The position numbers and the translations under genes were made by a program. Below are positions 50,606-60,260 of a DNA stretch of 64,000 nucleotides, in pieces (the stretch's first letter is position 1; each line of letters opens with the position of its first letter). Under the pieces are notes generated by a model that worked only from the letters and a program-made list of their open reading frames with translations, was not told where the DNA came from and made no database searches. The DNA is from Amphiscolops sp. MND2022 (taxonomy: Eukaryota). Location of the stretch: NCBI GenBank assembly GCA_964187785.1, contig OZ076409.1, positions 62,374,001 through 62,438,000 of the forward strand, given 5' to 3'.

Positions 50606-51845
50606 TTAATTTCGCAAAACGTTTTTCAAGCCAGAACTTTTCTGAAAAGTGAAGCGGTGCCATTTCACCGACAGAACTGTTCTCTGAAAATTGCCGAACA
50701 TCTTTTGCACAAGAACACAGAATGATGAAAGCTCATGTTTTTTGTCAGCTTTGCTAAAGGAACTCTTCGAGAACCCTGTCAATGCTCAACAAGCGGGATC
50801 TCTACAAGTCAACAATCCTTCCTAGTGTTCTTTATGCCAGCTGATTTCGAATCCCGTCAAAATCTGACCAGAGAACTTAAATGAATTGGTGAGATGGATT
50901 GTACCCCAGAAGTCTTATTGGCACGCCTTATGCTACTTGAACGTTCTCCGGATTCCTGACTTTCAAGTCCATAAAGATCTACTTACCTTATCCAGTATCC
51001 TGATCGGAAATATAAATTGAGATCAATCCTTCAGACGAGAGGCCTTTCATCTTACCCAGTGTTAGATACGAGTTGCAACTTTCATTTAACTGGTATCGTA
51101 CCTGTCATTTTGCGAATTTGATATGGAATAAAGTGTTTCTGGCAACCAGGACTAAAAGCAAGAATTCTGAATCTAATGTGGATTTTCATCAATAAAACTT
51201 TTAACGACATCTCAACCTGCACCTGGACTTTCATTTGTCCATGTAACTTTTGTCGATTTAGAAATCCTATCTCTGAACTCAAGACGGTGGCATTTTGGGA
51301 GAAATTCCTTCGCTTATGCATAAATCCTTGATAATAATAATTTATATTATCATTGAGAAAACTCTAATCAGTCCTACAGGACTACAAAATAATCAGAGTA
51401 CCCTTAAAACTGGGAAACCGGTTTTGCTAAATCGGAAACTTCTCGAAAAACGAAAATATCAGGAAACGATACTTCGAAAATTGGTGCAATAAAATAAAGA
51501 GGACCCTTCTGTTTTGAAATGCTTTTGTTTTTCATGTTAAAGGCTTTGGATGCGTTCAAACTCACATATTAAGTGCATATCGTGAAAGTGCACAGTGTAC
51601 AAAAAATGGACCTTACAGAGTGAGACTAGTCACTGTAATTGTCGGGCTCTTTTTCTTAAGTTGAAAGCGCCTACTGAAAGTTACATAGCAATAATGAAGC
51701 ATTAAAAATACTTCCACAGACTCGAAATATGCCGACCAGAACAAAATGCTGGAGCCTTTTTTCTCGAATTCCATGCTTGAATCAAATAGACATGTACATC
51801 GCCTCTTAAAACGAAGTCGTCTGTTTAGTTTGATCAGGAAATTAT

Positions 51846-52662
51846 ATTTTTAGTCGGCGCTTTTCTTTAGAAATAAGTGATTTTGGTCATGGTTTTTTCA
51901 TCAGTTTTTTTCGGTACACCTGAACTAGCCGAAATAGTTCTTCCGAAGTTTCTTCAATTTTGGCTAAGTTGGTAACTTCTCACTGCCACTCGGCGTTTAT
52001 AGTAACCCAGATTTCTGAGAAGCAGGGGCACTTGGGTTTGAGTCTCGCACTAAAGCAAAAGTTTTTGTATGTTTGAAAAAGTAAGAGGGAGACCAAATGG
52101 TTCGGTTTTGACCCTATGCAACTTTTTTCAGATTTTTTTCAAACCTAAACTCTCCCTTGATTTCCAGCAGAAACAAAGCGTTTTGCGACTAAGAGCGCTA
52201 TACGACTTACCGAAGTAAAAAATATTCGAAATTTTTACAATTTTTAGTGTTTTGAGACTTTTTGTAAAGGAAACATGTTTCCCGAGTCTTGAGATTGACC
52301 TCTTTTTTACTTTTCGATCATGTGGAACTGATGAGTTTTCTTGATGATTTTCTGAGTTTTCTTTTCGGCTCTGTGCGTCTTTCTTTCGAAACTAATTTTT
52401 CGAAGGGTATCCCCCCTCGCTTTCGTAGCTGATTTCGAGAAAGTAGTTTTGCGAGCTGGAAGCTCTTTTTTGGCACTGAGACTTTTCCGCAAAAATTCGG
52501 AAATTTTTTTTCTAGTTGGGTTTTGCGACTTTTGTGCCTATCCCTTGGGGGCATTTTTTAGGCACTGAGAAATTGAAATGTTTTAAAAAGGTGTCCTTTG
52601 CATATATAAGAAATCTGGTTTTTTGAAACATGAGCGGGGCGCCGACTTGGAGACCCTTGTTT
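51846..52662 (+). mobile_element. HINE-like family A copy (opposite orientation)
   Basis: tttttagtcggcgc ... ggcgccgacttgg; interrupts a duplicated intron segment in a T run. Confidence 0.72.
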
Positions 52663-52721
52663 TCGGACAAAATTTTGTTTCTGTCTTTTTCTGTGCCTCT
52701 AGTATGTTTTCGTTTTTGAAG

Positions 52722-52898
52722 AGCTAATGTTATCTGATGCAGCTTCTTCGCCATCCCGTGTACAAGCGTTTCCCCACCCCGGAGCTGTCATGGCACCCCC
52801 TCCTTTGCTTGGAGCTTGTATGACACTCCCTCCACCACCTGCACCTGTCATGGCACCTCCTCCACCACCTGCAATTGTCATGGCCCGTCGTGCACCAG
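52722..52898 (+). CDS. Putative polyproline exon, copy A (duplicated; may be alternative or non-functional)
   Basis: ttttgaag acceptor, APVMAPPPPP repeats, weak donor gttaca at the duplication junction; phase 1/1. Confidence 0.55.
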
Positions 52899-53165
52899 GT
52901 TACATAGCAACAATGAAGCATAGAAAATACTACTACAATAGACTTGAAATAGACCGACCAGAGCAAAATGAAATGCTGGGGCGTTTTTTTTTCTTGACTC
53001 ATTCCTACATTCTTGAATTAAATAGACGTGTACATTGCCTTTTAAAACAGAGTCGTCTGTTCAATCAGTAGTAATTTTGATCAGGAAATAGTATTTTTCT
53101 CTTCAGACATGATTTTGTTCATGTCTTCCTCTTTCTGTGCCTTTAACATGTTTTCCTTTTTGAAG

Positions 53166-53570
53166 AGCCCATGTCATCGCGTAGAGCTTTCTCGCCACCT
53201 CGTCTACGAGCTTCTTGCCACCCCGGAACTGGCATGGAACCTCCACCACCTGCACCGGTGATGGCACCTCCTCCCCCACCTGCACCTGTCATGGCCCCTC
53301 CTCCGCCACCTGCTGCTGGGAGGGTACCCCCTAGAACTGACATGGCACCCCCTCCACTGCTTGGAGCTTGTATGCCACCCCCTCCACCACCTGGAACTGG
53401 CATGGCGCCCCCTTCACCACCTGCAGCTAGCATGATGTATTCTAGTTTTTCTGTACACTCGAAGCAAGTTGAAGCAGCGTCGCAACCACCACGGCTATTG
53501 GCAAGCGCCGAAAGCTACGATGAAATTGCTTGTCTTGATTCACTCTTGCAGTCAGCCACAGTTGAAAACG
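53166..53570 (+). CDS. Polyproline exon, copy B (MAPPPPPAP repeats)
   Basis: ttttgaag acceptor, open frame, donor gttagc; phase 1/1. Confidence 0.8.
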
Positions 53571-55492
53571 GTTAGCTAAAATCCAGAATTTAACTTGGCG
53601 GCATCACTCAAGTTCAAAATAGAAAACATCAATAGATGGTGACCTTTTTAAAGATATTCCTTCGACGTGGAGTTTTTTGTTGATCAGTTTCGAAATAAGT
53701 AAACTTTATGCCAATTCTAACCATCGTTCAAACGATGGTGAGAAGTCAGAGGCGCCTTAGTTGACCACTTGACAGAGCTGTGAATTTACATACGAGCCTT
53801 GAATGTCTCGAACAACGTACTAAAAGAAAATGTTCGAGTGTTGCCGAGGTTCCGAGTATTGAAACACTGAATTTCTGTTGGACAAAGTTCTATTTCTCGG
53901 AGATGACCATGGGGATGTAACTTGTTAGATTCGGTAGATCTCTTTCGTTAATTTATCGACAATTTGTCAAACAAGTGTCGAATGAACCAACTAGGAATTT
54001 TTGAAAAAGCTAACTACCAATTTTACAGAAATTTTGCATTAATTTATCACCTGCAGCAAAATTCAGCTGCCAAAAAACCACACGAACTTGAAAAGTTCCA
54101 AGTGAGAAGTTTTCAAATTAGAAAGAAGCCTTTAGAAGTAATGAAAGCGTTTTCATCCTTTATCCATAATAAAAGTTAAACTCTTATTGAAAAATAATCT
54201 AGTGGAAGAAAACTTGAAAGCATCGGAAACTCTTTAATTGAACACACAAAGTGGAGAAAAGTTCAGAGAATTGTAGAAGTATTGAGAATGTTCTCGACAT
54301 GTTCAACGAGTACGATATCGCAGCTGTCCGTGTAAGATCCCACCTAAAGGAGTGGGAACAAAAAATATCGCCTTGTACTGTGAGCCAAAGAATCGGAATA
54401 ATTGGGTAATCCCCCCTGACTGTTGCCGCTAATGGTTACTGAAACAATCCAACCTGTCACTGTCTAGTGTTGGTACCCGGCGGAGGAGTCACCAATTGCT
54501 TTCCGAAGAGTACCGAAGTGCAGTATAATCTTGTTTCAGGAAGTTTGGTACTATAACCCTGAATCGGAGCCATTGATCGAAACTGAATTTTTTCATTCGC
54601 ATCCAATCACATGGTTGATTTACCTTCCAATCTTTCCGCGACAGAAATCTGATAGATTGAATGTTGTTTTCTCCTCACAGGTGACGGCATTTGAACATAA
54701 TGATAAATAGTACTCCTTCAATGATCGGAGCTGCCCTTTTTTGCATACTGTGCCTCGAGTATATTTCAAATCAATTGAGGGGCAAAATGATGCTTCTTTG
54801 CTGCGGAAAACGAGTCTTCAAGTGCTAAAATGTCATTAACGAAAGCCTGGACTATCATCATAGCCTTAAAATGCCCTGATTTTTCCTTTATCTTTTTTGC
54901 CAATTTCGAACTTTGTCCCAATTTGATCATAATATTTTTTGGTTAAGTCTATGTTTGTTCCAGCAATCACGCGGAGTTTTTTCAACTTTTTTTCGTTCCG
55001 GTGTTTCTCCCGGTTTTTTTGTAAAAATTTCTAGTTCATAGCCATGGCTAAACAGCAGTCAGAGATTCTCTTCTTGGAACAATGAGTAACTTCTCGATGT
55101 TCATGCTGCTGCATTATATGGGCTGAAATGAGAGCAAGAAACTGTGTTACCGGAGTGATCAGACTTGTAGCAATAAACGGCACTTACTTTGAATAGTATC
55201 GAGCGGTCGAAATGTTTCGTTCACTCTACTTGCGCTGTTGGACTTCTCAAAGAGTAATGATTTCTCCACGGAACGTTGAAGTAACTGCTTTGGGTTTGAT
55301 TTATTTCTGCACCAACTGGAAAGACTGAAGTTTGAATCTCGAAAGCAGAAAAGATATGCTTCATAAAAAAGAAGCGTTCGAATCAACTCATGATTTCAGA
55401 AGCTGACTTCTGCATCAAAAAAACTAACGCTTCGTGGGATTTCCAAATTTTTGCAGCTCTCATAATTTCACAGGGAAAACCAAACGCTTCTC

Positions 55493-55739
55493 ACCCTAAG
55501 CTTTTTGAAAAAGTTTCTTAGTTACTAGAGGTGCACTGGACAGGAAAATTTTCGTCCGGCTGGACAGGACTGATTGAAGTCGAACTTCCGTATCTTTACA
55601 AATTGAGATGACAATGTCGTTTTTGGACAATGTTAAAGATACGGAAGTTCGACTTCAATCAGTCCTGTCCGGCCGGACGAAAATTTTCCTGCCCAGTGCA
55701 CCTCTTGTAACTAAGAAGCTTTTTCAAAAAGCTTAGGGT
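55493..55739. repeat. Near-perfect foldback (MITE-like), ~105-bp arms
   Basis: accctaagc..cttccgtatcttt / aaagatacggaag..gcttagggt. Confidence 0.88.
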
Positions 55740-56472
55740 AGACATTATTTTTTAAAGAATTTTCAGTAATCTGTGGTCTAATTTCGCCTTATTGAGGGAG
55801 AAATTTTGGGAACAAGTTTCTACTTATGAATCCTAAAGTAATTCTCTTTAAATATTGAACTACATCTAATCACAATGATTGTTCGTTCTGGCTTTCTTTG
55901 TTTCCATTACAATGCGAAAATATCAGAGACAATTTACTTACTGCTATGGTAATTGGAAATGGTTTTTTCATTCTACTCTATCTACATATTTAGAAAAGTC
56001 ATCGCTTGAAACTTCTCACTAATTTGTCTCAATTTCCAAAGTTTGCCGTTTTACCTGTAGTAGTTTTCAGAAAGAGCTGATGTCTTGGCGCAGTTTTGCG
56101 GTTTAAGTAAGTAAGTAGCAAACTTTACAATTTCAAAATGATGTGGATTTGATAAATCTCTCGTTGTGTTGGATGTCGGAAGACAATCGGTGAAAACCTG
56201 TTGACGGCGCAATATTCACATCTAGTATACTAAATTGGTCTTAAGTGTGCAAAAATTGCCTTGAGTTTTAATCATGAACCCAAAACATTGTACTAACCGG
56301 CAAGTTTCCATTGCTGACGTCTTAAAATCTCAAAAGAGAGTCGTCAAACTTCGTATTTGGATTGATTCAATGGAGATGAACTTATTCTGTGGACTCTCGG
56401 TTCAAAATTCCTAGATTCGATAAAACGGCATTTCGGATCATTTCTTGGCGTGCTTCACATTGTGTTTTGAAG

Positions 56473-58110
56473 GAGTCGAATTGAACAGTTTACCGGGCAA
56501 CCTCACAGAAAGTGAAGAGGATCTCCCAATAGTTTCTCCCAAAAAACTGCCCGTTTCAATTGCTTGTTCTGACGATGATATATTTAACGAACCTCTAACG
56601 AACCAAATTTTTGGTAAAAAACAACCACGTGGAACCGCCAGTGGCTCAGTTGATGGGCAACCGCTTAGCAACATTCAATTTGGATCGTCATCGGCTCAAC
56701 CAACCAGTGGGGGTTTGTTTGGATCAGCCTCCGCACAACCGGTTACTGCGCAACTGGCTAGAAGCAATCTTTTTGGGTCTTCATCGACCCAACCAGCCAT
56801 TGGGGGATTGTTTGGATCAGCTGCGCAACCGGCTAAAAGCAATCTTTTTGGGTCTTCATCGACCCAACCAGCCAGTGGGGGTTTGTTTGGATCAGCCTCC
56901 GCGCAACCGGTTACTGCGCAACTGGCTAGAAGCAATCTTTTTGGATCTTCATCGACCCAACCAGCCATTGGGGGATTGTTTGGATCAGCTGCGCAACCGG
57001 TTAGCAGTAGTCTCTTCGGATCGTCGTCAGGCCAACCGGCCAGTGGGGGTTTGTTTGAATCAGCCTCCGCGCAACCGGCTAGAAGCAATCTTTTTGGGTC
57101 TTCATCGACCCAACCAGCCAGTGGGGGTTTATTTGGATCAGCTGCCGCGTAACCGGCTAGCAAAAGTCTCTTTGGATCGCCATCGGCCCAACCGGCCAGT
57201 GGGGGTTTATTTGGATCAGCTGCTCCGCAGCCGGCTAGCAAAAGTCTCATCGGATCGTCATCGGCCCAACCGGCCAGTGGGGGTTTATTTGGATCAGCTG
57301 CTGCGCAGCCGGCTAGCAAAAGTCTCTTCGGATCGTCATCGGCTCAACCGGGCAGTGAGGGTTTATTTGGATCAGCTGCTGCGCAACCGGCCAGCAGTAG
57401 TCTCTTCGGATCGTCACCGGCTCAATCGGGCAGTGGGGGTTTATTTGGATCAGCTGCTGCGCAACCGGCTAGCAGTAGTCTTTTTGGATCTTCATTGGCT
57501 CAACCGGCCAGTCGAGGTATGTTTGGATCAGCTGCTGTGCAACCGGCTAGTAAAAGTATCTTCGAATCGTCATCGGCTCAACCGGCCAGTGGCGGTTTGT
57601 TTGGGTCAACTGTTGTGAAACTGGCTAGCGAAAGTCGCTTTGGAACATCAGCTATGCCGCCGGCCAGTAACAGTACATTTGCGGCCGAATCTCATGATAG
57701 TACTTTTGGATCATTTTCGGCTTCATCAACTGGTTCTGGTTTCGCATTTGGATTTGGTTCCTGTGGTGAAGAAAGATTAGCTTCGAATAAAATTTCCAAA
57801 TCTGGTCGAATGAGAAAATCTAAAATGAGTTCTTCGGAATGTTTTCGTGAGCTTGCGATTGGCTCAACTGACGACGTCAATCCCTGGTCAGGATCAACTT
57901 TATTTGGTGGCCCTTTGCGGAGTGGCTCTGTTTTACATAAAATGTCTTTGGAAAGTGCAGAACGTTCACGTGTAAAAAGTATGATGTCTCCTGATTCGTG
58001 TGAACTTGGACAAAAAAAGCCGGAAATGAAAATAGTTTCTGCAGAAAACTGGACTGCCGTATCTGACAATGCTGCTACGCTGAACCGTGAAATGGTTGAC
58101 GAAACCGAAC
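56473..58110 (+). CDS. FG-repeat exon (GGLFGS/SLFGS, nucleoporin-like) with in-frame TAA at 57150-57152
   Basis: ORFs 56445-57152 and 57495-58115 share one frame; 1638 nt, phase 1/1; ttttgaag acceptor, gttagt donor. Confidence 0.78.
56680..57610 (+). repeat. Coding minisatellite, alternating ~36-nt units (QPASGGLFGSAAA / QPASKSLFGSSS)
   Basis: Tandem caaccggc..gggggtttatttggatcagc units directly visible. Confidence 0.95.
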
Positions 58111-58281
58111 GTTAGTTGATAGAAACCCTCTGTTCAGTCAATTTCTAATTGGTGTCGAAGCTTTACAAAAATACGTTTAAATTTGCCTTGTTTTTGCTGA
58201 CCTTGATGAAAAAATTCAATTCACGCATTTTTTTACTGTTGACCAAATACTGAAACAGTTGATTTCTTCTCCAGGAATGCC

Positions 58282-58574
58282 AATTTTTCTAATTAGTAGT
58301 GTTCACTGAACACTACTAATTAGAAAAATTTTCACATATTTTCCTTGCATTTATGTATCATGTGCAACTCACTGGTTGTGCACTAGTCACAACCATCTAT
58401 GACCCTCCTTTTGGCAAATTATTCAAAAGTAGTCAAAGGCAACTCATTCGAAGTTCCAGTAAATTAATGGGTGATGAGCTTGGTTAGTCCAAAAAGAGGG
58501 TCATAGATGGTTGTGACTAGTGGACAACCAGTGAGTTGCACATGATACATGAATGCAAGGAAGATATGTGAAAA
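58282..58574. repeat. Perfect 24-bp-arm palindrome abutting an ~85-bp-arm inverted repeat
   Basis: aatttttctaattagtagtgttca-c-tgaacactactaattagaaaaatt; ttttcacata..gaccctc / gagggtc..tatgtgaaaa. Confidence 0.88.
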
Positions 58575-59243
58575 TGAGGCGAAGTGTAAATGATGGTACA
58601 AGATTCAAGCAGGTTGTTTGAATTGAATGTATACAATAAGTCGTAGCTAGACGTCCCCCAAAATGATACCTGGTCAAAATCTCTGTTGTATTACTCTGTG
58701 TTCATCCTTACGGCACGCTTCTCGCCCCTCCAGGATGACCTTCATCAAGACCAGCCGCTGGAACACTACTAGCACGTCTCTAACGTGTCTAATCACGTTT
58801 TTATCGTTTGACTTTAACTCGGGAGGTTTTGAGCTGACATACCTCCTACTTCCATTGGTTCCATCACCGAAGTTTCCTTTAATGCAATTAATTGAAAACT
58901 TCTGAACAGTTTGAGGATTAGGTTTGCAATGGAATTAACGGATTCCTGACAAGTAGAACGGAATGAATCCAAAAAGTTCCATTTCTATATGATTTTACTC
59001 GAGATCCTACTACATTATCATGAGATACATCATGCATGGAAAAGTGTATATACGTCAATTCTCTGGTTAACAAAAATTCAAAGGTTGCTTCAATTCGAAG
59101 TCTTAAAGTACCGGGGGTTTGAAAAATATGCAAAAATTGATTAACGGGGTTTCTATTTGTGGCAGTAAATCAGCATTCGTGTTTTTATTTTCATACCAGT
59201 CATACCAGACTTCTAAGATGAAACTGTTTCTTTTCTATTACAG

Positions 59244-59515
59244 AAGCTGTCTCAGAACAATTGGATGCCGAATTGACTTCATTAACTCCAACAGAAGCTT
59301 ATGGGGGATTTCATCTTGTCGAGGGAGACTTTTCCAAGCATTTGGAAGCAATGTCTTCAGAACTGGATAGACAATCAAAGCAGCTATCGAGCATTTCGAG
59401 GCACACTTCAAGTATTGGAGGAGGCATTGAGGAGAGTCTGAACAATATTTATGACCCGTCAATAGAAGATACTGTTGATGAAGCAATGGACGAGAGCGAT
59501 AGTGAATGCGAAGAG
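59244..59515 (+). CDS. Acidic exon (..DPSIEDTVDEAMDESDSECEE)
   Basis: ttacag acceptor phase 1 fits the preceding exon; donor gttggt. Confidence 0.72.
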
Positions 59516-59849
59516 GTTGGTTGCTTTTTGTTATTTCTATTTTACATGGAATGCTCTTTTGATTGCTGAGTTCAAAAGTTGCCGAAACGTTGACGCTCTG
59601 TTCAAAATATTCAAATTAAATCTAAGTTGTTGATAAATAACTACAGTAGCATCGATGCTACCAATCAGCTCTTGAGAGAGCATTTTACTGTTATTAGTTC
59701 TGCGTTGGCTGGAGTATTATAATATAAAAAGGAACATTTTATCAGACAAGATCGTCTGTAAAATTGTTCAGTTATTCACGATCTAGCTAATCTAGGGCAG
59801 CAAAATCTGTTGACATAAAACGAACAAGTGTTTACCATATAGTCGTCGT

Positions 59850-60260
59850 TCGCTGAAAGCATAATATCTGCCCCGTTGTCCCAGTCGATTGGGGCTGGCG
59901 GGCGCCCTAAATTAACAAGCGCCAATTGTCTGTCGCAGTCCTGAGCAACTCGTCACTTTGCCCCAGGTCTTTCGTAGTCATCATCCTCCCACTGACAGAT
60001 TGTATTCAATTGAAGTTTGCGTCTCGCTGGAGTATAGTAGTACAGGTCGGATGCACAGTGTAGATAATTCCTCTCTGCCTCAACGAGAAACCTCGCTTAT
60101 CTCGGAATGCTAAATAAGACTTCCTTCTTTATGCAGTCTGCGATGGCTATTTTCATACCATCCTCCGCGCTCAGTCAGTCCCCAAGGTAGTTGAACTTCC
60201 AAATCCCCAAAACGATTAGTGTCAACTTCTGATAGAGGAGATGCTGATCTAGAAAATCGA
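59850..60260 (-). mobile_element. RTE-like LINE RT C-terminal fragment
   Basis: KFNYLG and IRPVLLYSSET on the minus strand. Confidence 0.62.

Larger units (their letters stand above)
10706..59515 (+). other. PARP4: Gene span: PARP4 / vault PARP homologue (BRCT-WGR-HD-ART-VIT-vWA-ITIHL) extended with UBL, actin-fragment, polyPro, FG-repeat and acidic modules; 3' end not found in window
   Basis: About 24 GT-AG exons join with consistent phases; domain order and motifs match PARP4 (HGT, GLLLP, GIYF, IEAKYVFPLD, vWA DxSxS, VITPFTSFLAVEKR). Confidence 0.93.

Noticed and set aside
56680..57610. CRISPR array
   Set aside because: Eukaryotic context, no unique spacers, no cas genes.
56611..57618. 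335-aa ORF (and minus-strand ORF 56696-57319) over the repeat
   Set aside because: Shadow frames of the minisatellite; the FG frame is the one continuous with unique flanks and splice phases.
56473..58110. Genuine nucleoporin gene (Nup98-like)
   Set aside because: No GLEBS or autoproteolytic domain recognised; repeats are homogeneous at DNA level.
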